DNA from: Haliotis rufescens
Lineage: Eukaryota
Direction of reading: 5' to 3'
Assembly: GCF_023055435.1 (NCBI RefSeq)
Contig: NW_025964290.1
Span: forward strand, 2,170,001-2,234,000
DNA length: 64,000 nucleotides
The notes under the pieces are model-generated. The model searched no databases. It saw nothing but the letters and a program-made list of their open reading frames with translations, and was not told where the DNA came from. A program made the translations under genes and the position numbers. Positions 12,609 to 26,496 of this stretch are shown here, one piece after another (position 1 is the first letter of the stretch; every line of letters starts with the position of its first letter).

Positions 12609-14802
12609 GTGTAATAGGGTGAGCGCGCCCTGCATCCCTGCCACTAAACATAGGACCTACTGGCACGAAGGGTACAAAACATTGACAGTGATATTGGTTC
12701 CTCTGCTCCAGGCTCGATCACGGCTTTCGCAGGAAGTTGCCATATAGTTGTGATATAACTGAGAACACCCCATCCACTCACTCATGACAACAACAAGGCA
12801 TCCACAACTCACTACAAGTAGTAGGAAATCCCGCGAGATGTTGTAATGACGCGCTAGCGTGACTGGGTTCTCTGAGACACTAATGTTCTAAAGCAACAAA
12901 CAACATAGGGGTTACAATGCCATCGACTGCGCCCGCAAGGTCTAGTAATTTACTGGAAAACCAGTTTGCTTGACTTCATTGATACCAGACTCCGATGAAA
13001 AGAACTAGCAGTTGATGTACTGGAATGTATAGAACAACGTACAATCAAAGCTGATTATTTAATCCTTGATCTCGGACCGTGACATCCTGCTTTGATGTCA
13101 GAAGGCAGCGGTATCAGAATCAATACAAAGTTAAGTGAAACTTGTACCTAATTATATCAAATTACGTATTTCCTTTAGATGGGACGCCGTGTCCGTCTTT
13201 GACATCAGGTCCTAAATTTTGCTCTACATTTCATTATGGCTCTGTGACATGGCGGATGACAATTGTAGGTTAGACGTTTCTCTGGCTCGGTGACAGGTCG
13301 AGTTACAAATGCGGGTTAGATGCTTGTGTGTCCCTGTGATCTGTAGTAATTCAGTTATTTCTATGTCTTGTCAAGTTAAAGTCAAAGCAGTTTATAATCA
13401 AGCGCACCGCCTTGTTAAACTAATACCAGTACAACCTCTGATCTGTTCCGCAATGACGGATTACATGGTGACATGGAGGTCTTGTGATCTCGGGAACGTT
13501 TAGTAATTTCCTTTTTACAAGTTTATTTTGTTTTCATCAAGTCTAATCCTTACATCTAGTGACAATATGACAGTGTTCTGCTGATCCGTCACTTCCACTG
13601 CCAGTTGCACTGATCATTGCCTATGGCTTCCAGAACAGGGAAGCAGACGACATAATGGAATGACGCATTGTGTATAGTCGGTAATCTTAAGCTAGTGTAT
13701 CGGAACTCGGGCAATGAGTCATTGATGATGGCAGGGTTCGATCAGTATCAGCGTTGTGGCACCACCTGAGCTAATGAGGTCACCTGGGTGCACACGAAGA
13801 GCGCGTGCGGTCAGCGTGAGTGCGTGCACGACTGAATACATGATGCTAACTAGAATGTCGCTAACAATAAAAGGGAACGAGTCTTGATCTAAGGATATTT
13901 GATGTACAAATCAGTTCCAACAGCCAGAACAAGCGAAAATCCCATGGTAGCTTCCAAAAGCGTGACGTAAAGATTTACGTGTCGGATTTCTTTAACATTT
14001 ACGACATTGCTGTAATTGGGGATGGTACTTCCGGTTCGTCTGCTCAGGGGAAGAATGGAAGCAATCTCAATTTGAGTGTATGATCTGGGAGGTCAAAGGC
14101 TGGGAGACGTTTGGTCTGCGTTAGCTGGTTCCAAGTAGCCTTTTCATCTAATGGTTTTCAAAGAAATCATGTCTCTTTTAGTCAGAGAGACCCAATCCTC
14201 ACAACACACTCTCATTTCACTGATGCAGGAACGTATGTGGTCATTTTGAAGTAAATAATCTTTCTTTTAATCCCTTTATAGGTTGTTCTAACCACAAGAT
14301 TCATAATCCGCTTTTGATATTTTATAACGAAATGATTTGATTAAATCACCCAGCGAGCGGTTCTGCACCAAAAGCACGAACAGATAAATAGCTTGTTTGA
14401 AACAGCTCTACCACAAGCTTTGGGAAAAAACATCTGAATAAAATCAATACTGACAACAAAAAGAAAAAAACTCATTTCCACAAACTGACTACGAACGTTG
14501 ATAGCTGTTTGACCTGAGTCCGGCAATTCTTAGAAGTTAATTTCCAGTCACGATCCTTCAGTTCAGTATCATGGTAAGAAAGCAGACACATTATGACAGG
14601 ATTCAGGTAAGATCTCCCCTGGTTATAAATTCATTACTGGATGATAATGTGACAGTTGATGGCATGATGCCAATTATCTTTAGGATTATAGATTAACGAC
14701 GCACGTTCCAGGAGGCGTGGTGATTCAGAGCATGCTCGCTGATGCTGATTCCCTTCGTGTTGAATGATTATTGCATGAGCCAGGTGCTAAGTATTATGCT
14801 TG

Positions 14803-15032
14803 TTTGTTTGTTGTTTAACGCCACACTCAGCAATATTCCAACTATATGACGGCGGTCTGTAAATAATCGAGCCTGGACCAGACAATCCAGTGATTGGCAT
14901 CATGAGCATCGATCAACGCAATTGGGATACGATGACACGCATCAACCATGTCAGCAAGTCTGACCACCCGATCACGTAAGTCGCCCCTTACGACAAGCAT
15001 GGGTTGCTGAAGACCACGGATCTTCACGGGTC
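14803..15032 (-). mobile_element. Family B, full length with head-loop deletion
   Basis: 5' end gacccgtg at 15032; TSD g(c/t)taagtattatg(c/a)ttg at 14786-14802 and 15033-15049. Confidence 0.92.
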
Positions 15033-15109
15033 GTTAAGTATTATGATTGCTTGACGCCCGTGCGCAGCAACTTTTACAATTCGGACCAGTTATTTTATTA
15101 CCCCAAGAG

Positions 15110-15335
15110 CATAGGATGGCGCAGTCGTCTAAGGTGCTGCTGTGGAGAGTTGCGCCCCCTGGACGTGTCAGGAACCTATGATCGAATCCAGATTCTCCTT
15201 CATTATTATTCTAGATTTGTCGGCACCATTGCTCATTGGTTTCACAAAGTGGTGAACATCCACGCCGCAATAACTTCGGGTTTACCTTCAGTATCAAACG
15301 TGATATAACTGAAATGCTGTTCAAAGTGGCTTTAT
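15110..15335 (+). mobile_element. Degenerate SINE family C
   Basis: cagtcgtctaaggtgc...gagagttgcgccccctgg...aacctatgat and tail gatataactgaaatgctgttcaaagtggc. Confidence 0.7.
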
Positions 15336-15671
15336 AAATAGGTAGGCTACTCGACAGGATGAAGTTGAGGATAATAATGGTATCCGTTTGGGTCACTTCC
15401 GGTTAAATATCTGTGCAGGTGGGTACTACTTTCGTCGTTTACAAACTTAGTCCTTGCCATTCGGCGATCAAGTCAGAACTGACAATCCGGTTCCTGGACA
15501 TTGATATCATCATCAAAATAAGTGTTTGATATCCCGAGAATGTGGCCTACATACTGCTGCACTAAGGATTCCATTTTATCCGGATATCAACTCGATTTCC
15601 CACCTTGGTGTTTCTTACTGTAATGTGTAAAATCAGCATCCAAAGGGTTATCAATTCTACAATACCTTCCA

Positions 15672-15800
15672 GGCGTAATGTGATGGCCTAGCGGTTCAAG
15701 CGTTCGCTCGTCACGCCGACGGTCCGGGTTCAATTTCCCACATGGATATTGCTGGAATATTGCTAAACGCTGCGTCAAACTATTCTCAGTCACTCACTCC
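15672..15800 (+). mobile_element. SINE family A, internally deleted
   Basis: tggcctagcggttcaagcgttcgctcgtcacgccg head and ACTC tail. Confidence 0.8.
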
Positions 15801-16262
15801 ATTGTTCCACTGAATAAACCCCTATGGGAATACCGATAGTAAGAGCAGATTAAAGAGAAATCGTAGAGTTAGACGCCATAGGTTCCTGATTGCTGTCATA
15901 AACCCTGATGGCGAGGATCGTCACTGGTTTGTCTGGTCCAGAATGGATTATCTACAGACCTCCACGATATAGATGGAACATTGCTGACAGTGTTCACTCA
16001 CTCACTCATCTTTAAGTAAATGATTTTCGATTCAGTTGAAAGTGATAGTGCCTGCATGTGGTTTATTTTTTATGCCGAAGTTCCTGCTGAATTAAGGTTG
16101 TGTTCTATCTCAATCAGTTCAGCGTGATGGTATTTGATACTCTTCTTTCCTTCAAACCTGATTAAAATGATGAATGAAATCCTGTGTTCAGTATGCTGCA
16201 TCCGGCGTCATCACTGATGTTCAGTGATCCTGTCCATTCATCTCTATCACTGTTTTGGAACT

Positions 16263-16501
16263 ATCTTCAGAAACCCATGCTTGTCGTAAATGGCGACTAT
16301 GCTTGTCGTAAGAGGCGACTAAGGGGATCGGTTGGTCGGGCTCGCTGACTTGGTTGATGCATGTCATCGTATCCCAATTGCGTGGATCGATGCTTATGAT
16401 GTCAATCATTGGATTGTCTGGTCCAGACTTGATTATTTACATACCGGCGTCATAAAGCTGGAATATCGGAGAGTGCGGCGTTATACAACAAACAAACAAA
16501 C
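16263..16501 (+). mobile_element. Family B, 5'-truncated, duplicated-module variant
   Basis: Body and tail match; actgttttg repeated on both flanks. Confidence 0.88.
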
Positions 16502-18273
16502 ATAACTGTTTTGCCGTTTACGTCTTTTGGAATCTCTATTTCGGCAGATATTCAAGACTGATTGTTTTCTAGCACTCACCTTTTGAATTTACTCTATGTT
16601 TAAAAATTGTTTCATGAAATATTTCCTTTAGTTATCAGTGAATCTCTATACAAATCCAACACTTCTAGTGCGAATGAAAAGTTCACCATTCACCATTATA
16701 AATACATGTGTGATTTAACTGACCTTTCCATATGATGGAGTTGTAATTCGAATGTTAAAACTTTAGTTTTAAAATTTACCCCGTTCTCGTCTCGCACTGA
16801 ATCTCGCGTGAGCTCATACATGGTGTAATTTGATTGGCTCACGCGATCTGACAGTCATTAAACCAGAAATTTGAAATTTTGACAGTAATATCCATCTTAG
16901 AGGAAGAAAACCTCTTGCCACTTAACGACATTTCCACCAGCCCGTCCCTGATAGCGAGGGACGACACGTAATAACGGTATTTGTTGCAATTTCCTTGACT
17001 CTAATATGAAAATTACGCCAGCAGCATCCAAACATGGGAATTACATTGTGCAGGAAACAGCATTTTCGTGGCCTTGTTTTCGTTGATTTTAAATTGAAAC
17101 CGATTTTTTCCCCTCGGTAAAAGCACTGACTCAGTTCAAAGGTCTTTGATAAATGTGTTTTTGGGAACGGTAAAAGAAAACTATCTCTTCGCGTAAGAAA
17201 AATTCTTCGTAACGTGCAATTTCGGAAAACGCGAACACGTGGTATTGGTTACCAAAAACAGTACCGACTAGAAAATAGGTGTTCTGTTATTGTCACTGAT
17301 GCCGATCAGTTCCTTTAATTGCTAATTGACCATCTGGCTTCCAGAGACACTATAAGACCCAATTTGGACTTCCGATTCACCCTAGGCGTAATTTTGGATT
17401 CCGGTCACGTGACTGGCATGACCTCATTGTTCCGAAAACCCTCGTTTGTGGTCGGGAAAAGTTGTCTTTTCAGTATGACGATCTGAACTCACTGATGCAA
17501 ATTGGGGATCATATTAATCCACAGTGACAGCAGTATTCTTAAGAAGAATCAGGTCACGCTTCCGTGTTCCTTGTTACCATGGAGACATAAATCCGGAGAA
17601 TTATATCGTATATTCCTCAATTCATTTGCACTCGAATATGAGCTTGCAATACTTCGCGATCTCAAGGAACTGAATATCAGATTCGTCGCCTGTAGCTTTC
17701 CATTTACAGTTGTCTGATTACACGTGTGGCAATATGATCCACGGGGATCCAACTGATGAAGGGGAGAAGTGATGGATCCAGTGGATTCCGTTTGAGAAAT
17801 GATCCTTCATATTTCATGTTAGACGTCAGTCCGCCACAATACCTTAATGTCAGTTCGTTATCCTGCGATCAATCACATTTTTAATAATATGTTCATATTT
17901 CACACTTTATTCAGTACTTGCAGGACACGGGTCTTTTTTGTACAAACGAAATGCAATTTATTTCGGGGTGGGTTTTTTAAACAATAGCAGTTTTAACATA
18001 ATTGCATGTTATCAAAGTTGAAGTATTTGTGTTCTTAAAGCATTGGCGTGAACCAGGTTCTTTGCTGTATTCATATTGATAATAGGGTCTTGCGATGACA
18101 GTAGTGTATTCATATCCAGAATATTCGGAAAGATTAAGATTTTATGTAGCTTTGCCTGAGATGGCTATAAGCTGGACAAATTGACAAAAAGTTGTATTCA
18201 TTTTCGATGTGGTTTAAGTCACAAACTTTACATTGAAAGATAAAGCTGGAATATTGCCAAAAGCAACCTCACT

Positions 18274-18317
18274 CACGTCACGTCACGTCACGTCACGTCA
18301 CGTCACGTCACGTACGT
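18274..18317. repeat. (CACGT)n microsatellite grown from a SINE tail
   Basis: Follows gctggaatattgccaaaagc...ctcact. Confidence 0.85.
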
Positions 18318-19472
18318 GTTGTAAACTCATTCCCAACCAAGGAGTTACCGTTATAAGAGGTGACGGCAGGTTCACTTTGATCTCACTCGTAATTAACAAA
18401 AATAAGTAGATATTACCTCCGCTATGTAGTTTTAATCCGGGTACAGCGTCCGATGCGGAAGATGACGCTCCCCTCCACTACGAGACGAAGTATATATATT
18501 GTGGTTTGCACTGGGACCACGGTATAATGGCTTCTGCCACGAAACGTCCATAATTCAAAGGGAATCGTGAATTAAGCCGAGCGTTGTCGTGATTGAATTA
18601 GTTGTTGAATTGTTGATAACAGGAAAAGGTTGTACCGAGTATGTGGACGATGTTTCGGAAATATTTATGGAACCTTAGTTGGATAAGAATTCGACATTAA
18701 GTATTGTCGTTGAGATTTATGCTGTAGGCGACTGATCTCGCCAAGGGAGTAGTCATTTTTGCCATTTGAGAGTAAATTATTTTGTAAATGGTTTTGTTTT
18801 GTGCAAAACCATGGTAACAGATCAGTTATCTTTGGAACACTGTATGTTATCTCCAGTGATAGACTATTTATATATACCGCCTACACCATATCTCGTCTAC
18901 TACATTATTCCTGCTCAAACTACTTCAACTGTCAAGAGCCATTTTGTTTAGCAAAGTAAATGTGTGTGTTTTTTTCGTTTTCATTTAACCTTGTTCGATT
19001 CTGCACTTAACATGCATTACTTGATTCCGCATGTTACATTTCTTGAGGTGGTTTTATTTGCTAACTGATCATCCAGCTACAAAATACGCTCCGAGAAAAA
19101 TATGGACAGTGAATATCTCTACAATTACAACCCATGGAAAAAGAAGCGCGATTCTATCAAATAATCAATTACACTGCCGATGCCTAATGAAGTAGAATGA
19201 CAGTAAAATAGCCACTACAACACGGCAAATAAACCGAGCTGTTCCCTGTTCTAATAACCACGGTGACAGGAGACACAATTACCTGCTTGTTGTCACAGGT
19301 GTAATGGTTCCACTAATTACAGGTGAAACTGCCAGGTGTTTTCTACGTTGTTTCATCTATCAATCAGTGGCGTTTTTATGGAAAATTTAAATGACCAAAC
19401 TTGGTATTGTGAAAATAATTTAAAACTACACAGTATTTCAGGACTGAAATCACAATTATGAGAACCTACAAG

Positions 19473-19640
19473 GGTGAGTGAGTGAGTGTGGTGTTTTGGC
19501 CGCTTTTAGCAAAATTCCAGCAATATCACGACGGGGGACGCCAGGAATGGGCTTCAGACATTGTACCCATGTGAGGAATCGAACCCGGGTTTTCGGCGTG
19601 ACGAGCGAACGCTTTAACCACTACGCTACCCCGCCGCCCC
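19473..19640 (-). mobile_element. SINE family A, full length
   Basis: Complete head and tail; TSD agaacctacaag (19461-19472), whose partner is displaced to 19844-19855 by a later insertion. Confidence 0.92.
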
Positions 19641-19645
19641 AGAAC

Positions 19646-19839
19646 TAGACTAACATTTAGTCTCTGAAATCTTATATTACACAATATCCTTCTTGACTCT
19701 AAAAATAAAAAAAATTCCCTATGCTGATTTGGTGCTGTGGAATAGAGCTAGCTTGAGCTGGCTAGACTTGCTTTTTGCTTTTTCTAGATTATTATGTTTT
19801 CATAAAATAAATATATTCCACGGTCATGGTGCAGGACTA
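19646..19839. mobile_element. Putative 194 bp DNA-transposon insertion with 9 bp TSD
   Basis: ccccagaac duplicated at 19637-19645 and 19840-19848; termini TAGAC.../...GACTA form only a weak TIR. Confidence 0.6.
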
Positions 19840-20549
19840 CCCCAGAACCTACAAGATAAAAACCGACTTGTAGATGACTGGTGTATGTCTACTGGGTTTT
19901 TAGTATGTTTGTCTCGCTGTGCAATGTGAAGGTTTATTGATTGTGTTTTACAGAGAATGTCAAGTCAATTATGTCGTTAAAATGTGCAAAGGGTTTTAAA
20001 GATTTTAGCTGCCATTTATATGACGAGAAAAAGGTCAAGGACACAATGAATGTTTTATTTGGGACTCGGGCATCACTGGATTTAATCCTTCACGGTTCCA
20101 GCAGATAACTTCACGCGCCTTTACATGCCACAAAGCTTCCAAGAACACGCGACGTTTTGATTCCTTCACTAAATGAATATTTAAAATAACTGCAAATTTG
20201 ATTTTCATTATTCCGTTGGATTTTGGGGTAAAACCTTCCTAATGTTATCCCGCCTCAAGACTGATGTAGATAGAGTCGTCTCATAATTGTTGTATGTCCT
20301 GATGCTGTACACCCAGAGGCCAATCACTGTTACCTGTGCGGAACCACCGGTAGTCTACTGATAAAGGGAGCAATCGAGCGATACCCAAAGACTGGAAGAC
20401 CTAAAGTAGCGTGTGATCAAAAAACGTCACAATGGAATTCCATTCCTGCTCAGGACACCATTGTTAAACTACCAGATAGCGCTGATGTGCAGAAAACACC
20501 AGTGACGCTAAACAAAACATGATAATGTGAGCTTCGGTTTAGGTTTTAT

Positions 20550-20645
20550 CAGTTGGCTGTCTGGTCCAGACTTGATTATTTACAGGCAGTCGTCATATAG
20601 CTGGAATATTGCTGAGTGCGGCGTTAAACAACAAACAAATAAAAC
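20550..20645 (+). mobile_element. Family B, 3' fragment
   Basis: tgtctggtccagacttgattatttacag...gcggcgttaaacaacaaac. Confidence 0.85.
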
Positions 20646-21894
20646 AGCTTCGACATGCATCATCTTGGGCCTTCATCCAACATCAAGCTTCTGGCCACGA
20701 AACAACTGAAATTCTGTTGAAAGCTGCTTGAACCAAACTCACTCACCCTCTCGCTTAATCTGGACGTGATTTCAGTAAACTACACGGAAGCGTTCCTCCT
20801 ATTTTTTCACTCACTCTAAATAGAATCAACAGGTTAATGTTTTAGTATTTAATGACCCATGTGCTGTCTCGCTATCGTCAAGGACGGGCATACCAAGGTC
20901 AAGGCTTATCCACAAGCCTGGACTTGTCAGGCCGACATTGTTTTATTCCCACATTGACTCAATTTTTAACATATTAAACTTGGTCTCGTCTCTATATCGC
21001 TGGAATGATGCCGATGCGACGTTAAATTTTAACTCACTCACTCACTTACTCACTCCTACATTGAAGTGTAAACAACGTCCGAGTCGGTAGGCAGTTACCC
21101 AACAGCTAATCGACCCTATCCCACACTATTGGGAAGTTGTCACTTGAAGCAACTACATGTGTTTTAGTAGCAAACAGCGTGCTGAGTTACGATGTCGACG
21201 TTAATCCCGCGTATCTGACATGCTGCAGATGCTATCAGCCCTTCTATTTGCTGGTTCCTGCATTACGCGCAAGATGTGATTTGCGCTAATGGTGCTTTTA
21301 GAGACAGACCCAAGTCTCTTGCAACCCCAAGTGGAGAATGATGAATTATACTGATGAAATTAAATAAAGGAACACAGAATACATTTTCTGCTGTGTTCTA
21401 CCAAGTATATCCCTTCGTGTAAATGTTACATTTGATGTGTTATCAAAAAACATTGTCAACAGTTAATATCATCTTGGGTGTATATCAATCAAAGCCACAA
21501 AATGTCAGGCAGATCGATGATATTGAAGTTCATTGACGTTCCCTGGTTATATCTGAAGGTGAATCTGCCCCGGTGATTGGGGAGACAGGTGGCCCAGTGG
21601 TGTAGGCGGCGTACATCGCCGAGTTGCGTTCGATGGTCGTGGGTTCCAAACCACTATTCTTCATTCACCATAGTCTGTCAGCATGATCGTTGGTTTCACC
21701 ACAGTATGAACCTCCACGACCAGACTCACTAAAGGCTTTCTACCACATTTAGCCGTCGCGCCGTTATCACACTGAATATGGTACATGTACCGTTAAATAC
21801 TACTGATTCACTCACTCACTCAGTACAAGAATGAAATGCAGGGAGATAGTCGATTGTGTTGTAGGAAATACAGTATGGCTATGTCATTGCTATC

Positions 21895-22043
21895 GGGGCG
21901 GTGGGGCAGCCTTGTCATTAAACCATCCGGGTTCTGTTCTCGTTCAATTCCCCACATGGGTGTACTATGTGAAGCCCATTTCTGGTGTCCCCTGCCGTGA
22001 TATTGTTGGAATATTGCTACAAGCGGCGTCAAACCATACTCAC
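21895..22043 (+). mobile_element. SINE family A
   Basis: TSD atgtc(a/g)ttgctatc at 21881-21894 and 22045-22058. Confidence 0.87.
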
Positions 22044-22062
22044 AATGTCGTTGCTATCAGCC

Positions 22063-22259
22063 GATCCGTGAAGACCCGGGGTAGAATAGGCCTTCAGCAA
22101 CCCGTGCTGTCGTAAAAGGCGACTAACGGGATCGGATGGTCAGGCCTGATGACTTGGTAGATGCATCGTATCCAAATTGCGTTGATCGATGCTCATGTTG
22201 TCAATCACTGGATATGCCTGGAATATTGCTGAGTGCGGCGTGAAACAACAAGCACCCAA
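22063..22259 (+). mobile_element. Family B with intact 5' end and an internal deletion
   Basis: Starts gatccgtgaagaccc; TSD tgctatca(g/a)cc at 22052-22062 and 22260-22270. Confidence 0.9.
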
Positions 22260-23750
22260 TGCTATCAACCACACACCTGACTGCTGTACGCGGGAGCGTA
22301 TCAAGGGTCCCCTGCACCTGATGGAGCCAGGATCAAGCGTCTGACATTTCACAGGGGAGAGATTGAATGTCAAAGGTGTGACGTCTCACCTGCAAGTGTT
22401 GTGACGTTCTTTACTATTGGAGTACAGTATACACCTGGACACCTGCTGACTTGGATCAGAGACATCCAGTCACACGTGCACGCACTGAATATTACGGTGT
22501 TTGACACTGCTTCAACCTTTAGCCTTTATGCACAACCGTCAATATTGTCATGGCAATCCCAATATACATGTATGTGTGGTCCTCCACGTGACCAGATTTG
22601 CATTCGAGTATATAGAGTGATGAAGATGGATGCCGTGCGTGCGTGCGTGCGCGTGTATGACCTCTCTCACCCAACACAATATTTCAGAAAATCCTAGTTG
22701 GTCTGCCAAAGCAATCTGTATTCTACCTTGTGTCTTCGTGTTTCCACAATGCTAATATCGCTGCCTTTGCATTTTCTGATCATGGTGGTTCCAATGATAA
22801 AGTTGCGATGACCATCAATACGAGGCATACTCCCTCAGCGACCCACGGAGGTAATACAGTTATATCATTAACGCGGGGTGTATACGTACAAGACAAGGAC
22901 AAAAAAAGTCTTCTGGCTTTCTCTCCTTGTGTAATATGATTTCATTATCTCGTTGTAAGCATCATTAAATACTTCGAAACAGATCCAGGCGTTCTGTTTT
23001 CAAGCAGATTTATTCCTCCATTGACCAAAATATTTCCAGCACTGTAAGCCGAGGTGTAATCAGCCCCGGGAGTCCCCGTAATTGGATTGGTATTGAAGGT
23101 GCGCGTTCTCCTCAATGATATGACTTGATTATCGCTGTCATCAATTCACCTGAAAACAGATTTAAGCGATCTGATTTTTTACCAGATGTATTCCACTGAC
23201 CCAATTACCGCGCGTCTTCAAAAGACTGTTTGCATTGCGTCTTTCTTGTAAACCGAGAAATCGGCATCAGCAGAAACCTGAAATAATCACACCTCTGTAA
23301 TCGCCGTCTCAGCCCTCCTTAACATGCAAGTCTCGTACTTCAAACATTCCCGTGAGTAGCCTAGTTAGAGGAGCATCGTCGTCAGAAGACGACGACCTCC
23401 GTGACGTCCTGCCGACGTGGATACAGAGGCAGGGTGAAGGGGTAAGACCAGGGCTCAGAGACGAAGCGAACGGAAAGACTCCGATCTGAGGGTTTAGTCT
23501 TCTGGAACTTGCAGACTAACGCGCCTCTTGTCTTTGCTGGTCTATTTCTGCGAACCTTCAAAGGCTGGGATATAGATTTTACATTTGCCATGAATGCTAA
23601 TTTCCTACTTTTACATTCATGTTGTGTTTTTTAACATAGCGTGCTTGGTTTCGGAACAGGAATGTGATGGAATATCCGTTCCTGATTTTTATTGCGGTCC
23701 CTTGTTGTTCTACAAGAGTTTGGTTACTGTATCTATGCTCTACAAATCCA

Positions 23751-24062
23751 GGGGCGGTCGGGTAGCCTAGTGGTTTAAGCGTTCGCTCGTCACGTCGCAA
23801 ACCCGGGTTCGATTCCCTTACATGGGAACAATGTGTGAAGCCCATTTTCTGGTGTCACCCGCCGTGATGTTGCTGGAATATTGCTTAAAGCGGCGTTAAA
23901 TAATACTCACTCACAAGTTCAAAAGAATCGCTGGTATACACGCCGAAGGACCAGGTTGGATTCCCCACATGTGTGCAATGAGGCTTATCCTTAGTGTCCC
24001 ACGTACTGACACGGCTGGAATACTGATAAAGCGGCAAACAAAACAACTAACTCACTCACTCT
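23751..24062 (+). mobile_element. SINE family A full copy (23751-23913) followed by a degenerate second copy
   Basis: A and B boxes and tails present; the second copy at ~23938-24062 is diverged. Confidence 0.88.
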
Positions 24063-25046
24063 GGTGATAACGCCGTAAACCTATGAATAACGGCGAACCC
24101 GAGTTTAGAACCTGTCTGTATGCAATGACTGGATTCTAAAGCTTCCACTTTTTATGACGTCTTTTCACGTCTGCCTGGGGAATAACAGTAATTATGTCCA
24201 CCCTTAAAACGACGTTTTCGGAGTCCCCGCGGGACGGTTCTTCCAATAAAAAACAAATCTGATTCCTGCATATAACTCACGTGTCTGTCTCGCGCCCGTT
24301 AAAAGAAACGGGACAATATGAGGACGGCGCTCGGAATTTCAGAGGGTCATAGCTTTCAGACATTTTTATAACCAAAGGCAATAACGCCAATCGGGCGTAA
24401 ACTCCAAAAAATCAAGACAATTTATAGTTGGCGTTATTTTCAACCGGCCCTCGTTAGAGCGTGTTTTGTTGTAAAGGCGTCGTTGTTATGTCCATGTGGA
24501 GTCAGCTTAGTTGAAGAAATCAGTTGTTGAGTTAGGTGATGCTGAGCTGATAGGCTCTATGTTGATGAGGACATTACATCCTGGTGATGCTGATTGACAG
24601 CCTTTGAAGCTATTGTTACATTTCGGTGGTTTGTAGAGCGAAGCAGTTCTATCTGACGAGATGCGTCGTAGGATGGTTACAGCTGAAGATAGAATTATTA
24701 TTTTTCGAAATTGGGTCAGCGGGTTTTCTGTTAAAGGAATCTATGGAGCGCCAGCCAAAGACTGGAAGACCTGAAGTATCAGGAGACCTAAAAACGTCAC
24801 AGTTGAATTATTTTTTTCCTGTATGCGTTCTATGTGTGGAATAAAACTGAGCTAATGAATAACATGACAGTGTAAACCTCGTTGTTCGAAATGCAGCATT
24901 TGGAATGACCGATCGATGGTTACCTCTAAGTCGGAAGGGGAATGAGTAAAACAGAACTTGAGATAAAACATTTTTTTAATAATAAATATGTTTGAAGGTA
25001 GTCATGGTGATGAACTGGAACATTTGTACATTTTCACTTCCGAAGA

Positions 25047-25260
25047 TCAAAGACGACACAATTTATGTACAGCAACTTCTTTATTAACTGTAAAGGCGAC
25101 GTTTCGGTATAGATCCTTACACCGTTGCCACCTTAACCTGACAACGATATAAGGATCTATACCGAAACGTCGCCTTTACAGTTAATATAGAAGCTGTTGT
25201 CCATAAACTGTCTACTTTGTCACCCATCAACTTCTAAGTAATGCCAATCAAACAATTCCC
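25047..25260. mobile_element. Inverted pair of Penelope-like terminal repeat fragments with a minimal hammerhead-like motif
   Basis: ~75 bp inverted arms around an 8 nt spacer; motif ctgacaac-gatata-aggatc-tatacc-gaaacgtc; tccgaaga repeated at 25039-25046 and 25261-25268; homologous copy at 50297-50425. Confidence 0.7.
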
Positions 25261-26496
25261 TCCGAAGAAGATAAACGATGGCGGGAATAGTTTTGGACCT
25301 ATTCCATTAGCGCATCACTTCAGTTGCATTAAGGATTGAAGATTTGAGAGTGATTGATACATACTTACGTGTTAATCTTGTACAACGTTCGTCGTTACTG
25401 TTGGTCGACATTTACCACATATACTTAACTGGTTCTCCTGTACGAATGCGAGTTCTTTGTGCGCAACCGTTAACTTGATCAAGTAAAACAAGAAACGACT
25501 TTGGTCTCACATTCCGAAATAAAATATAGTCAGTATTTCTTTATGTTCATTAAGTTGCAACTCAAATGACAGTTTCATCTCACAAACTAAAAACCTGTTT
25601 TGAATACCGTCTACAAATAAACCCATTAGTTTCATTTCCTCTTCCGTCTGGATTTCATTCACCTTCACGGATTCATTTCCGGTCGTCGTTGATGTGACGA
25701 ATAGTTGTCAGCCAATAGTATTCAATCTTCCTCTTCTATCGTTAAAAAACATCATGTTATTTAGTAATTCATCACTTCAAATTCCATGTTCTGGCTGATG
25801 GTTATTGTTCGTTCCGATGACTCTACGTTTGACTTATATTATATTAGTTGCCGGCAAGACGTTAAGTCTTCCCGCTTTACGCCGTTCTGTAGAAACCCAT
25901 GTGGCTTATTTGAACACAACCCTCATCTCTTCCATTGTTTCAATGTAACAATCGTTAAATTAGAACGTGCCTATTACTATAAGGTTAATAGATTTCTTAC
26001 AAATATTATTAACCATTACACAGTTGTTATGCCTCGTGTTATTGTCATTGATTGTCGTGGGCAAGCACTGTCAGGCAGCCGGTCGATACTACTTTCCTGT
26101 AGCGATATTTTATATGTTTGGTAATTCAGGGCACCTGAACTGTCTCGGCAGGTGCAATTGTCTTACGTTTCCTCTTCAATCACAATGGACACATTTGTCA
26201 GCTTAGTCGGTTATTTGCTGTTTAGATTTACGACAAAATCGATGAGATGAAGTGTTTTGTTAATAGGATTTGACGAATTGTGGGTGGATAATCGACTCAA
26301 TACCACGTAAGCAACTTAGGGTCACATTTCTAGTTTCAGTCTTTCTGGTAAGTGCTTAATTATGCTTTAATATCAGAAGGGGTTAGCCGCGGTTCCACGT
26401 GCCGACCACGTGATGGTAAACGGAGCACGATCATTGTTCTCGTCTGATATCGGAAAATCTCGGAGTCGACGTTAACTCTCCGGGATTGTAAACGAG

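Noticed and set aside
17405-17414. Perfect GTCACGTGAC E-box/CLEAR word, also at 33521
   Set aside because: Short palindrome with no associated gene start.
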